Below are positions 31,507 through 46,415 of a stretch of DNA of 64,000 bases, in pieces. The notes beneath the pieces are model-generated. The model searched no databases and was not told the DNA's origin. It saw only the letters and a list, made by a program, of their open reading frames with translations. Position numbers and translations under genes: made by a program. Origin of the DNA: the human T2T-CHM13v2.0 reference genome, Homo sapiens. Position 1 is the first letter of the stretch. The number at the start of each line of letters is the position of its first letter. The DNA is taken from the NCBI RefSeq assembly GCF_009914755.1, contig NC_060928.1, one strand, 5' to 3'.

Positions 31507-33739
31507 GCCCTAACTCCACTCTGCTCTCTGTGGAGCCATCCTGTGGAGTTTATTGATCTCTCCAGTTCTTTTTTCTCAAGATTGCCCCTCTATTCCCATT
31601 CTGATGGAATGGAGCAAACTTTAATGCTTCATTCTGACATCTTCCTGAGAAGGTATTGAACCGAAAATTCAGCAGTTGAGAGAATTATTTATTATTAGAA
31701 ATAAGTATTAAGTTCTTTTTATGACACTAGCTCCCTCCCAAGTTTGTAATACATTAATCTTTTTAATGTGCTTTTCAGAGTTATACCACAAAAAATGACT
31801 CATTAATTCAGACCATTCTGAAAAACTGAATGTGAGAATTTCAGAAAAGTCAAGGCTGAAGTTGGGCTTTTCACTATTTGTGGAAACAAATTTAGTTTAG
31901 TGAATATATTGATATATGAGTATAAAATAATTTTAAGAAATTTATTTAAGTTAATTGACATAGTGAACTAAACCAAAGCACTTTAATATGAAGTTATTTG
32001 AATTCTACACATTTTATTTGGTTTGCTGTATTATAACTATGAGCTTAGATTTTCAAATCATCACTAAACAAAACTTTATGTTTCCATCAATACAGTTACA
32101 GTTTTAAAAAGTCATCAAACTACTTTCATAGAGCATTTAAAATAATTGTTTTTTAAATATAGCATTTTAAATTTTGGTGTTACCACATATTTTGAATTTA
32201 CTTTATTGAGATGTCTATAAGAAAATGTGTGGTAATGTAGAACCAAATATTCAAATTAATGCATATTAATTATATCTTCAAAAAAGTGAGGTTAGAGATG
32301 AGTTCTCACACTTCTTTTAATTTGGTAAAAAGCGGAGTACATTATTTTTAAAATAGTGTTACTTAAATTAACAATTTCTATAGCTTTGTTCTAGAAAGAA
32401 AAAGAAGGATGGTACAATACAATGAAAACATTTTGGATTTCACATGATTTAAACCCAAATAATACTTTTCAACATTTTCTCAGATATAGGACATATAAAC
32501 ACATCATTTCAACTAGTATTTAATGTGGATCACATTCTAGTAAATCCTTATTGATCTGTGTTGATGAATGTGTTAGGGGATAAACGAAGGTGGAAAATAC
32601 TTGGATAGCTTTTTCAATTCTATCACTGGAGAAGCACCTGACTGAATTAACTCTCCTCTTTCTAATTTGCTCTTATCTCATCATAGGTTTTAGATGTCAT
32701 AGGTTTTACCTAGTATCTAACTTACAATTTATCATTTTATTTTTTATCTCTGAATGCTTCTTATACAGCCTGGATGATGCTGAAAACTAACTATCCAGTG
32801 TTTTAATTTCCCTGACTTGCCCTTGGGAAGCTCCTCAAATTTGTTCTCATATTAGTTCCATTTAGCACAGCCCTGTGTTTTCAGGACAAGAAATATCTTT
32901 TTGTTATGTCCTGCTCATGAAGGCAGGTGCTGGATATTTGGAACTTAACAGTGTGAATATTTCTTAATGGTAATGGAACAAAGTGAAATTCTGCATAACT
33001 AATGTTTTTGAAGCTTCATGAAATATCTCTTATTGAAATGAAAAGTGTCTAGAAATTCTCTGAAATCACTTCAATAAAGACATAATTATAATTAGGAGAT
33101 TGATTACCATCTAGACAAATGAAATAAAAAACATAAAAATGCAAACAGACCTCATTCACATATGATACTTAACCTAGATATCATCCAGTCCTTTCAGACC
33201 TGGGAGATCTTGATAGCACCATTGTAAAATTCTGATTTCAGATCCTGGGACAGTTCCTTTCCTGATTTTTTGTTCATTGCCAGGTTACTTAATGTCTTTA
33301 CAGCCTCTATTGCTTCCTGGAATTCTATGTTCATGTGACTTGTCTTTTTGCATTGCAATCTCTTGAATATGAAATTCACCACATGCTATACTACAAAATT
33401 ATTGCAATTTAAACAAAATATTTGTGATGCATTTGGAATTCATGGAAAGGTTGAGGTTCATGAGAAGTAACATTTCATGCAATTTAAGTCAGGTAGAATC
33501 AGTTTTCAATGCTTGTGACTAAAATAACTACAGATAATTTTTTAAAGCTACATATTAAAACCAATTCCAAATTTATGTGTTTCTAAGATACAATATAAAA
33601 TTTTAAAGTTTGCATATGTCAAGTTCCAATTACATGGAATAAACAAATATTCTTTTTTATTCTTAGGTAGAGGTCCCTAAAAAGGGAGAAATTACAAACA
33701 TTTTTTCCTAGAAATGGAGAGGACATAATATTTAATGCT

Positions 33740-34125
33740 ATTCTGATGGCTTTGCATTGAAATTGGTCAAGCTGACTAGGCTGAGATTATTTTCCAAAAT
33801 TTTCTTTCAAGTTACAGTGGGACACAAGAGAAATTCTTGTGTGAGTTTTGGAGGGCAGAGGTGATACTCATACTACAAAGGTTGAAGGCACAAAGTTTCA
33901 ATTGGTCCTCATGGGTTCCAGGACATGCTTGTGGGTTCTAGTATGTTCTTGCTTTCCCCTACTTTAATCTTTCTTTCTTTCCAAACTGCCTGATTGTAGA
34001 CTTCAGTTCCACATCATACTCAGAGTCAGTGGCTTTATAGAGACCTCTTAACTAACTCCCAATATTGCATGCAGAAAAAAACATCATAACAGGTCTCTTA
34101 ATATATTTATATGTGCTCAAACGTG
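33740..34125 (+). mobile_element. ERVL-class LTR (MER74/LTR53-like), probable 5' LTR of the adjoining ERVL internal sequence
   Basis: aagctgactaggctgagattattttccaaaatt...gtgggacacaagagaaatt...ggcagaggtga pattern, directly upstream of ERVL gag-like sequence. Confidence 0.45.
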
Positions 34126-34271
34126 CTTAGGTTTAAGGCATTAATGTTAATGTTTGCAGCAGTAAAGTGGTTACTGGTAGTCCATGGCATGCATGGCCAG
34201 TAGTTTATCCAACTATCACCGGTAAATACCTGTAATGAATTGCCTATAATAAGGCAATGGGTGATATATTC

Positions 34272-36720
34272 TGATAAGGTTTGGCTGTGTCTCCACCAAA
34301 ATCTCATCTTGAATTGTAGCTCCCATAATTCCCACATGTCATGGGAGGAATCTGGTGGGAGATAATTGAATCATGGGGGTGGGGTTTTCCCATGCTGCTC
34401 TCTTGATAGTGAATAAGTCTCACGAAATCTAATGGTTTTATAAAGGGGGGTTTTCCTGCACACTCTCTTTGTGCCTGCCACCTTGTAAGATGTGACTTTG
34501 CTCCTCCTTCACCTTCCACCACGATTCTGAGGCTTCATCTGTTTGGAACTCAATTAAACCTCTTTCCTTTTTAAATTACCCAGTCCTTGATTTATCTTTA
34601 TTACCATCATGAGAATGGATTAATACAGTAAATTGGTACCAGTAGAATGTGGCGTTGCTGTAAAGATACCTGAAAATGTGGAAGTGACTTTAGAACTGGG
34701 TAACTGGCAGAGGTGGAAGACTGTGGAAACCTCAGAAGAAGATAGGAAAATGTGGAAAAGTTTGGAACTTTCTAGAGACTTGGAGGGCTCAGAAAACAGA
34801 AAAATATGGGAGATTTTGGAATTTCCTAGAGACTTGTTGAATAGGTTTACCCAAAATGCTGATAGTGATATGGACAATAAGGTCCAGGCTGAGTTGGTCT
34901 CAGATGGTGTATTAGTACATTTTCACACTACTAATAAAGACACATTTGAAACTGAGAACAAAAAGAGGTTCAATTGGACTTACAGTTCCACATGGCTGGG
35001 GAGGCCTCAGAATCATGGCAGGAGGTGAAAAGCACTTCTTACATGGTCATTGAAAGAGAAAATGAGGAAGAAGCAAAAGTGGAAACCCCTAATAAACCCC
35101 ATCAGATTTCATGATACTTATTCACTATTACGAGAGTAGCACGGGAAAGACTGGCCCCCATGATTCAATTATCTCCCTTGGGTCCCTCCCACAACACATG
35201 GGAATAGTGGGAGATACAATTCAAGTTGAGATTTGGGTGGGGACACAGCCAAACCATATCAGATGGAGATAAGGAACTTGTTGAGAACTGGAGTAAAGGT
35301 CACTCTTGTTATGCAAAGAGACTGGCAGCATTTTGCCTCTCCCCTAGAGATCTGTGGAACTTTGAACATCACAGGCCTGAAGGCCTAGGAGGCAAAAATG
35401 GTTTTGTGGGCTGGGTCCACAAAATCCTACTGTATTCAGCCTCAGAACATGGTGTCCCACATCCCAACTGTTTCAGCTCCAGCTGTGGCTAAAAGGTGCC
35501 AAAATACATCTCAGGCTGTTGCTTCATGTGGTTCAAGTTCCAGCCTTGGTGGCTTACACATGATGTTAGAACTGTGGGTACACAGAAGTTAAGAATTGAG
35601 GTTTGGGAACCACTGCCTAGATTTCAGAGGATGTATGAAAATGCCTGGATATCCAGGCAAAAGTTTGCTGCAAAGGTGGGGCCATGATGGAGAACATCTG
35701 ATAAGGCAGTATGGAAGAGAAATGTGATGTTTGAGCCCACACACAGAGTCCCCACTGAGGCACTTCCTAGTGGAGCTGTAAGAAGAGGGTCATGATCCTC
35801 CAAAACCCAGAATTGTAGATCCATCAACACGTTGTATCATGTGTCTGGAAAAGCCACAGACATTCAATGCCAGTCTGTGAAAGCAGCCAGGAGGAGAGTT
35901 GTACTCTGCAAAGCCACAAGGGCAGAGCGCCCAAGGCTGTGGGAGTCTACCTCTTGCATCAGTGTGACCTGGATGTGAGACATGGAGTCAAAGGAGATCA
36001 TCTTGGAACCTTAAGGTTTAATGACTGCCCTATTGGATTTTGGACTTGTGTGGGGCCTGTAGCCCCTTTGTTTTGGCAAATTTCTCTCATTTGGAGTGGG
36101 TATATTTAACCAATGTCTTTATCTCCATTGTATCTGGGAAGTAATTAACTTGATTTTGATTTTACAGGCTCATGCGCAGAAGGGACTTGCCTTCTCTCAG
36201 ATGAGACTTTGGACTGTAGACTTTTGGGTTAATGCTGAAATGAGTTAAGACTTTGGGGAACTGTTGGGAATGCATGACTGGTTTTGAAATGTGAAGTCAT
36301 TAGATTTGGCAGGGGCCAGGGTGAAGTGATATGATTTGTCTGTGTCCCCACCTAAATCTCATCTTGAATTGTAGCTCCTATAATTCCCATGTGTCATGGG
36401 AGGGACCCACTGGGTGGTAATTGAATAATGGGGGTGGTCTTTTCCATACTGTTCGTGTGATAGTGAGTAAGTATCACAAGATCGGATGGGTTTTATAAAG
36501 CAGGGTTCTCCTGCACATGCTCTTTTTGCCTGCCAGCACATAAGACATGACTTTGTTCCTCCTCACCTCCCACTATAATTGTGAAGACTCCCTGCAATAT
36601 GGAACTTCGAGTAAATTAAACATCTTTCCTTTATAAATTACCCAATAATTTACCCAATTATAAATTATCCAATCTTGGGTATGTCTTTATGTATTAGCAG
36701 AATGAGAAAGGACTAATACA
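34272..36720 (+). mobile_element. Complete THE1B MaLR (5'LTR 34272-34627, 3'LTR 36327-36720) with an internal deletion near 35366
   Basis: THE1B LTR start tgata.ggtttggctgtgtc...gtagctcccataattccc; TSD tattc at 34267-71 and 36721-25. Confidence 0.92.
34908..35261 (-). mobile_element. THE1A solo LTR inserted in the THE1B internal region
   Basis: THE1A-type gaggaagaagcaaaag.ggaaacccct and gggagatacaattcaagttgag; TSD gatgg at 34903-07 and 35262-66. Confidence 0.9.
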
Positions 36721-36769
36721 TATTCTCTACCATAGAACACATAAGTGGAAAGTAAGAGAGATGTGGAGT

Positions 36770-38310
36770 TATCACAGGATCCAGCTGGAAGCCTCTGTGG
36801 CTGGTGGCACCTTCTACCTGAGTATTGCTCATGCCCAGTGGGCTCATTCCACTTATTCTGCCCAGCAGGCTGTTCTCAGCTCATGCTTCTGTCCTGGATC
36901 TCACACCTGTCAATTGTGAGCCAGGCATGGAGAGGCAAAGTGTGTATGAGTGAGTGAGCCTAGGGTCCAGCCACCACACACAGTCAGGCACGCTGGTTCT
37001 TGCAATGAGGCAGGCAGCTCCAAATGCCAGCACAGGTGCTAGCTCTGTGCAACGCTGCAGCTGGACAAGATGTACTGCACGTGGCTTCTGCTACAGGTAC
37101 TTGCATCTGGATAAGGGGAGTGTGGTAGCACCCAGAAGCTTGAAGACACCAGGAACTTCAGAAGTCCAAAGAGAGTATCACAGTCCTGGCTCAGGGGGCC
37201 CTTAGATCTGGGCTCCCCAAAGAGCTGCAGCTCTTCTCTTCTTCTCGTTGCTCATATCTGCAATGTGGTGAGTAGTGTAGGGGAGGGGGTGGCATGTTTT
37301 AATCCTGTTTGTGTTATAGCTCTTTTAGTCCTGCCATTTAGTGGGTCCTGAGTTCTTGTCCCACATCTAGAAAGAATGAGGTATGCAGACAACTGGTGGG
37401 TGAACAAGGCAGAGAGGAGCTTCATTGAGCAGCATAACAGTTCTCAGGAGACCTGAAGTGGCTAGCTCCCTTCCACAGGGAATCCTGACATCTGTGCAGC
37501 CCTCATTGGAAAGGAGACCTGGAGTTGGTAGCTCCTATCCGCAGGCAGGCTGTCCCATCATCTACCCAGAGTCTGACTGAGTCTAGGGTTTTTATGCACT
37601 TCAGAGGAGAGGAAGTACATGCTCATTGATTCATGGGTGGCCCTGGGTGGGCCCACAAAATGCACCATAAGTTCTAGTCTGTGGAACTGGAAGCCCAGCC
37701 CCCAGGCTTCAGGCCATCACTGGCTTGAAGGTGAGGCTTCATGGGCACCAATCCCTTTCCACTCAGGAGCCTGTCTGCCTCCTGCCCCCATCAACCTGCA
37801 GTCCTTTGTGCCCACAGTACCTAGGCTGTTCATGCCAAGTGGAACCTGCAGGCCCACACCAAACTGCCTTTAGCCCCACCTCAGTCTCCCTCCCATGTTC
37901 GTGGGTGTCTAAAGTCTGGAGAGGGCTGAGGTTGCAGGGGGCTGGTGTGTCAACACTGCCCCGAATGTGTGCACACCCAGCGAAGTCATGACAGTGCCTG
38001 GGCTTGGCCTCAACTTTGCTCCAAAATCAGAGCAGGCATCAAGAGCAGGGAGAGGCCAGGCAGTGGGAGTAGGTACTTCTGAGACTGCAGGGGCAGGGAG
38101 CTTTCCATGTCACCAAGAGCACAGGGATGCCCGGGTCCACAGCCACAGCTGGGCAGCTGCAGCTGTGCCTGGGAGGGCAGCCCTGCCCCTCCAACTCAGA
38201 AGGGGGCAAGGCTCCGGCCAGCTCTGTGAGTGCACAGCCCTGACTGCACCTCACCTATTGTAGCTGACATCATGGCAGTGGCCACTCCAGACAGACTACT
38301 GCTGCCATCA
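36770..38310 (-). mobile_element. MER52-family long ERV1 solo LTR
   Basis: GC-rich, about 1.5 kb; minus-strand start tgatggcagc; plus-strand tcacaggatcc...ggaagcctctgtggctggtggc at the other end. Confidence 0.82.
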
Positions 38311-39194
38311 AATTTAATTGGTTGTTTCTGCCCTGGAGAATTTAAGGAAATAAAATGTGAAAACCAGGGCTTTCAGATTTCAATTTAAGGAGACTGAAAG
38401 CTTCTATGAGTGCCCTGAAGCTAACTCTTATCTCCTGTGTCAGTAGAGGTGATATTTCTGAGAAGAAAACTCAGTGTCTAGTCCTGCAGATTAGAATAAT
38501 ACTGCAAATTAAATTCACAATTTTTAATAAAGCTAGAGAAATGATTAGAAAGAAATCCAAAAGTGAAATTTGGGATGGGGACATCTGAACAGATTCCAGT
38601 GAAGCTGGGGACCTTGAACACCAAATTTTTTCTGTGTCTTCTTTGCCTGTAGAACCAGCCCTTCCACCTTGCCTGAGGAGAATAGTCTGCCCTTGACAGA
38701 AAAAAAACTGTAATTTATTCCTGTGAGACAATTACCTTGCAAGATATTGCTGATTTCTCTTCAAGGTATTTTGTTACCATCCTCTTGGTGTCTAGATCCA
38801 TAATCAGATTCAACTTTTATCAGGCCCCAAAAGATCTAAGGTACAACTTGGGATCCATGAGGAAATATACTCCACACTAAAATAAGTTCACAGTTTTTCA
38901 AATACATATCAACTGAAGGCTGGGGAATATGTGTGGGAATATATGATAAGAAAAAGGGATTAAGATTGAAAGAGCATATAGTTGAATTCCAGAATGAGTC
39001 TTGTAGCTTGAGAAGCTAATAATGGTTCAAATAGTTTGCTTGGTTGGTTGACTGCAGTAAGTATCCACAAGTGGCCTATACTCAATTAATTTAAATGCCA
39101 AAACTTCTTTGTTATACTATAGATCAATTAAGGTATTCAGAGGTTTATGGAGATTGCAATGCCAGAGAAGATTTATCACATGAGACTTGCTAAT

Positions 39195-39931
<737 letters not shown>

Positions 39932-41039
39932 TAATCTACCCCTGTGAGAGTCTAGAGAATGTGTTCTTCACTACAGCCATAATAAATAAATTCCTGAGAA
40001 AAGTCTTATCTTCCTTCAACAGCTCTGAGGTCACTCTTCTCTGTAGAAACTACTACCATTAAACTGGGATACCTATATGCATTGGGGATAATAGAATCCC
40101 AGTGTGCTGGGGCCAAATGGCAGCAGTTAATCACCACAGACAGGATGATTATAGTTATTGTAGTGGACAGTGGAATAAAAGCAGTGATCAGAATAGTCTG
40201 ACCTGTGGAGACATTTCGTGTTGGCTAGTTGATCATGGTATTTCTAGAGTAAAACAGATGGGCAGGAAATTAAAGTGTTTCTTGATCTATATAAATGGGA
40301 AACCTCTAGGTCTAGTGAACAGAATTCTGACCTGATTAACCAAAACAAAGAGCCATGATTCCTTATTCATTCAACTCTCTTATCTGAACCAACTCATGGA
40401 CCCAGAGTTCCATCAATCAAGTGATTGGCAGGCTTCTTCAGGAAGAATCCTCATGCACTGCCAAATATTTATAGTGTTCATCTTCCTCCTTGCCTTTCCT
40501 AAAGAGGACTGCAGCCGTTTTGCAGAATGACAGTGAATTAAGGAAGGGGGAATAACAAGACATTTTAACCAGACACTGGATCTGAACTGAAACTAAGTTA
40601 TATAGTCACCTAGTCACTGTAGTTAAATATAGTCAACGTAGAAGGTAATGGTCATGTGATTGAGGAAGTTCTGATCCCAATAGCTCCTTAAACCCACTCT
40701 ATGGTTATTTCTCCAGTTCTAAAATGTATAATTGAACTAGATATAGTTGACAGCTTGTCCACTCTCTACACTGGTTCCCTATTTATAAAGTAACAGCTAT
40801 TTGATAGCAAAGACCAAGTAGAAACCACTAGAATAAACTCTATATACAAATATGATAAACCAAAATAAAAGCAATATCTCATTTCTAGGGGTGGTGATTT
40901 GTAAAGACTGATGACATGATCAAAAATTTGGGAAAGGTAGGGTGGTGATTTATTTTATAGTTCTGAAGGTCAAAAGTCTGAAAGATTTTGAGTAGATTCC
41001 ATAATAAGCCTTTTGGGAGGTCCTTTTTAGGATATGTGT

Positions 41040-42377
41040 TGTAATATTGTGAAATATATATTTGATCTTTGTCTCAGTTTCCTGGCATTCAACTCCTGAA
41101 ATTCTTGGAATTTTCTAAGTGATAAGTGTCTTTTTGTATGCTAATGGGTTGACTAATGATGGGCAGCCTCTAGGTAGCTTCAGGTTGGGGTCTGGTCACT
41201 GGAAACACCAAGGCAGGATTAGAGGATTGGGACTTGCAGCCCAACTCCAACCTCTGGGGAGGGGATAGAGCCTGAAGGTTAAACTGACTACCAAGGGTCA
41301 ATGATTTCATCAATTATGCCTACATAATGAAGCCTTCATAAAAGCCCAAAAGGACAGAGTTCAGATGAGCATCAAAACAGCTGAACACTTTTGGAGGTTC
41401 CTGAAGATGGCATGAATTTACCCCATCTCCCATTTGTTGCCCTATGCAGCTCTTCATCTGTATCCTTGGTAATATCCTTTATAATAAACTAGTAAGTGTT
41501 AGCAAAGCTTGCTTAAGTGTTGTGAACCAATCTAGCAAATTAATTGAACCTGAGGAAGGAGTTGTGGGAACCTCAATTTATAGTCAGTAGGTCAGAAGCA
41601 CAGGTAAAACAACTGGGGCTTGCAATTCACATTAGAAGTGGGGCACAGTCTTGTTACTGGAAAGAAGTCCCGATCCAGACCCCAAGAGAGGGTTCTTGGA
41701 TCTCACACAAGAAAGAATTCAGGGCAAGTCCATAAAGTGAAAGCAAGTTTGTTAAGAAAGTAAGGGAATAAGAGAATGGCTACTTCACAGACAGAGTAGC
41801 CCCAAAAGCTGCTGGCTGCCCATTTTTATGATTATTTCTTGATGATATGCTAAACAAGGGGTAGATTTTTCATGCTTCCCCTTTTAGATCACATAGGGTA
41901 ACTTCCTCATGCTGGTGGGAGTGTAGCAGTGAGGACAACCAGAAGTCATTCTCATAGATATCTTTGGCCAGCTTCTTTACTGAAACTTGTTTTATCAGCA
42001 AGGTCTTCATGACCTGTATCTTGTGCTGACCTCCTATCTCATTCTGTGATTTAGAATGCCTTAACCCACTGGAAATGCAGCTCAGTAGGTCATAGCCTCA
42101 TTTTACCCAGTCCCTATTCAAGATGGAGTTGCTCTGGTTCAAAAGCCTCTGACATTATGAAACTGAGTCCTCAACATGTGGGATCTGATGCTATCCCCAG
42201 GTAGATAGTGTCAGGTAAATTAGAGCATACCTAGCTGGTGTCCTCTGAAGAACTGATTATTTGTTGCTGGGTAGAAACCCCTGCAAAATTCTTGGAGATC
42301 AGAAGTCACAGAAGTCTTCTGTGTTGATTGTTCTGCTAACAGAGGAAAAACCATTTTGGTTTTTTTTTTCCTACTGA
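41040..42377 (+). mobile_element. MER21 (A/B) LTR split by MER41A
   Basis: tgtaatattgtgaaatatatatttg start; resumes at 42155 with ctgagtcctcaacatgtgggatctgatgctatc; TSD tgtgt / tgtat. Confidence 0.85.
41652..42154 (-). mobile_element. MER41A solo LTR
   Basis: Minus-strand start tgtcagaggcttttgaaccagagcaactccatcttg; reads aaaaggggaagcatgaaaaatc, lacking the tandem-GAS segment of MER41B. Confidence 0.88.
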
Positions 42378-42429
42378 TGTATATTTTACATATGAAAGGA
42401 AGTAAATGATTAGAGACTAGAGATGGAAC

Positions 42430-42972
42430 TTTAGTCAACAGCCTCCTAGGTGGCCCCTAGTGATCCCTAACCCTTGATATTTATGTCTTTAATAACCTCT
42501 ACTTGAGAGTTGATTTTATGATGTTTTTCTAATGAATATAATATGGCATAAGTAATATCACTTTTGAGATTAGGTTATAAAAAGATGACTTTTAAAATCT
42601 TGGGTGTTCTCTCTGTCCACCTCACCCAGGTCACTCATTCTAGGGAAAGCCAGGTAACTTGTCCTGAAGGCACTTGGGCAGCCCAGGGAGAGGCCTGTGT
42701 GGCAAGAGATTGAAGTCTTTGGCTGACAGCAGTGAGGAACTGAGGTTTGTCCACAACCATATTGATGAAAGTGAAAGCAAATACTCCCCAATCAAGCATT
42801 CAGATAAGTCTATAATTCTAGCCTACATTTTAAAGAGATTTTGAGCCAGAACTGATCAGCCACACTACTCTCACATTCCTGACCCAGAGAACCCATGAGG
42901 CTATAAATATTTGTTTTTGTAAACTGCTATGTTTTGGGGTAATTTGTCATATGGCAATAGATAACTAATATA
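42430..42972 (+). mobile_element. MLT1F-like MaLR LTR
   Basis: cagcctcctaggtggcccctagtgatcc start; ttttggggtaatttgtcatatggcaatagataactaata end. Confidence 0.8.
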
Positions 42973-43789
42973 GTTCCTCTGACAAATCAGCAACATTTTC
43001 ATTCTATCTATATAGATCCTGTGCAGTAACAGTGGAGTGGAAGCAATCTCAAATGTGGCAATCAAATAAAAAATAACCAAAGGAAACAGTAGATGATAAC
43101 TTTTGGATCATGTTAAGAAGACAGAAACTCAGTCAATCAGTTATTCCTTTTAACTACATTAGGTCAAAACCATTTTTTTTCTGAATGAATTGCTATTCAG
43201 GTTTAACTACAATGTCTTTTCCATCCATAACTTATTGCTTACAGCATATAAAAAATTTCATGTGAAAAAATATATTAGGATAATGACTAAATATGACAAT
43301 TTTGCATCATTTTCTTTATGGAAATAATTTTGAGAACCTAGTTTTATTTTAATAATATTGTTTTTCCTCTATATCTTTCTTTTCAGTCCTAGATGCCACC
43401 ACTTCCTCCTATTTTACAAGCACTTATTTCTTTTGAAAATATACTTACTATTACTTAGTTATTATTTAAAATAATTCTTCCAACTAAATGATATGAGATG
43501 GGTTTTGCACACATTAGGATTTGGTTCTGTAAATAACTATGTGCACTGGTCATAGGGCAATTTTGATTTACTCAAGTTAGTGGCACAACAAATAATTTGA
43601 TTTTAAAGTACTGGGATAAAAGAACACAATACACACATATATGCATTGCATATATATTATATATGTAGTTGTATATTATATATATTAGATATATATATTA
43701 CATATATGGAAATGTAGAGAAAACAATTTCCATGTCAGTCTAAAAGGATAACTTATCAATCTAAAGAGATAAGTTTCTTTAGAAAACTA

Positions 43790-44880
43790 TTATTTAACAC
43801 ATTGTAGAGGGTCTGTTACGTGCAGACACTGTAGGCGATTGCTATGCAACAACGAACAAAGCAGTATTTCAGTCTCTCATGGAGTCTACATTTTAACAAA
43901 GAAAGATTAGACTAAATAATAATCAGAGTAATCAAGTGAAAATAGTATGAGTTATGGAAAAAAATGAAACCAGAAAAGTGAGGTCGAATAGTGACAAGCT
44001 ATAATTTTTAAATAGGCCATTGGGAAAGGGGACATTGCATAAAGATGGAAAGGGTTTGAAGAGGAGAGCTATCTAGATATTAGGAGAAGGAGCATTGCAG
44101 GCAAAGGGAGTGGCCATTGCAAATGCTCTAAAGCTGGAGCAGTCCTGGGATATTCATGGAACTGTGAGGCAGGAAACCTCATAAATGTTGGCCAGATCCT
44201 GCAGGCCTTGAGAGCCCATTTTGAGGATTTTGGCTTTTATTCTATGTAAACGAGACTTTATGCATAACAGTTATATTATCTGATAGTTGTTTCCAAAGGA
44301 GTATACCTTCTGCCACTTTGAGAATAAACTGAGAGGGGAATGGTACATTTGAAGCAAGGACACATCTCAGAATTATTATATCTTGCAGTAATTCTGCTAA
44401 AGTAATATTAACTCTGACTATGGAAATAGAATTGAAAGCAGTAAGAAGGAGGTGAATCCTGGATAGATTTGAAGATAAAGTTTTTTAGAAAGATGTTGGG
44501 TGTAAGAGAGAGGAAAAATTCAATATAACTTTAAGATTTGGAGACAGAGCAAGTGAAGGATGAAATTACTATCAGGTGAGATGTGTTTATCAGGGTAGTT
44601 TTAGAAGGGAAATGAGGAATTCAGTTCCAGACATGTTGAGATTAAAATATTTTTAGACAAATGAAATTGACAATTTGTCATGTCAATTTGGATATGAGTC
44701 AAGAGTTTGACAAACAATCCAGAATAAACTGATAAACTCAGGATTTTTGGACACTTGAATAATATTCAAAATTGTGAAACTACAGAACAATATCACTGAG
44801 AAAATGAGTTCAGATATGGAGAAGATAAGATAACCAAGGAATAAGCCTAGGAACTTCTAACATCAAAGTAGAGAAAATAA
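43790..44880 (-). mobile_element. L2 (L2a-like) 3' fragment
   Basis: Antisense L2 3' end tatttaacacattg...gtgcagacactg; agcattgcaggcaaagggag...tgcaaatgctcta; gaggaattcagttccagacatgttgag. Confidence 0.75.
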
Positions 44881-46159
44881 AGGATATTCTAAAACATAAA
44901 TAGAAAGTAGTAAGTGGTAAAATAGATCAGTGAGAAGCCGTTGAGTTGTGATCAATAAAGTAAACTTGAAAGACAAGAAGATCAGAGTATTAGAAAGCTC
45001 AAATACTCAAATAATGCAGAAATTCTAGAATAAAAACAAATCTTCTGGGTTTTTTTTTCAGGGACTAGTTGTCTTTTATTTTTTGGAAAGTTCGTCTGCT
45101 GGATTAACAAAATCACACCTGCTGGTGTGGGTGACGCCTTTGGCCACCATGCACTTGGCCCCAAGAAGGGACCACCTTAAGCTGTCACCCAGCTGTCAAG
45201 CAAGGGACAAAAGGGACAGTTACCCGGACTCAGGGCCCATTAACAGTATGAAACAGAGCAAACTGAATTCAAGGCTTCTCTTACTTCTGTAACACTTTAA
45301 CTTTTCAGAGACATTCACATTCATTTCCATTGTGTGCTTAAATGACCCTTGATGTTTCCGTCATCATACACTACTCTGTGATGAAAAACCTATGAATAAA
45401 ATGTTAGGCCACTTGCCAAAAGTCAAAGCTCATGTGGCAGAGTTGAAAAGAAACTCAAGCAGTGGTATTTGACTCTACTTCTAAGATTTTGTTTTCTTGT
45501 TTCTGTCCTATTTTCAAACTACATAGAAGTTCATTTGTTGGGTTTCTGTAGCCAACTCTAATTTTCCAGTCTTTGGTTGATATTCTTTCTGTCCCAGAAA
45601 AGCAAAGTTGCTCTTTCTTCTGACAAGATGGCATACTGCCATTACAGCATCCTTTAATAAGCAAACACATCTATTCAATGTCACAGCAAATTAGAAAGTA
45701 CTTATTTCTGTTCAGTGAGCTAGATGAAATCAATAATCACTGGGGAGTTGCCACTATAATTCATTAGAGGCATTCACTGGCCCTCAGTAATCAGCTCAGA
45801 GAATGGAGCCAAAGTCTGACTTATCTGGGGAGAGGAAGTTAGGATCAAATGTCTCAGCTCAAGTGAAAATAGTATCTGATAATCATTACATTATACACTT
45901 TTAGACTTCAAAATAAAGTTCTTTCTAAATAATGGAAGAAATGACTTTGGAATCACCTACCAATTTTCAGAATGCAATTTATCATTTAAAAACTAAATCA
46001 CAAGCCATAATCTAAAAGAAATTGTAGCAATTTTTTTTTTTTTTTTGTAAATTATATTCTGATACTCTGATCTTCTTGGTCCCCCAAGTTTGCTTTATTG
46101 ATCACAACTTAGCAGCTTCTTACTACTTATTACTTTCTATTTATGTTTTAGAATATTCA

Positions 46160-46415
46160 TTTTTTTCCTCTACTTCAATGTTAGAAGTTCCTGGGCTCAT
46201 TTTTTGGTAATCTTACCTTCTCTATATCTAAATTTATTTTCTCAGTGATATTATTCTGTAGCTTCACAATTTTAAATATTATTCAACTGTGAAAAAGTCC
46301 TGAATTTATAAGTCTATCCTGGATTGTTTGCTGAACTCTTGGCTCATACCCAAATTGACATGACCAGTTGGCAATTTCATTTATATGTCTATAAATATTC
46401 TAAATTGACATGTCT
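46160..46415 (+). mobile_element. L2 fragment (RT region)
   Basis: aatgttagaagttcctgggctc...ttctctatatcta...tgtctataaatattctaaattgacatgtct. Confidence 0.55.

Noticed and set aside
34712-34835. Tandem duplication of about 50 bp in THE1B internal sequence
   Set aside because: As I recall, this occurs in many THE1-int copies, so it is probably inherited from the source element rather than locus-specific.
41652-42154. Interferon-inducible MER41 enhancer
   Set aside because: This copy lacks the tandem TTCCGGGAA/GAS segment, so it is MER41A-type and STAT1 binding is not supported.
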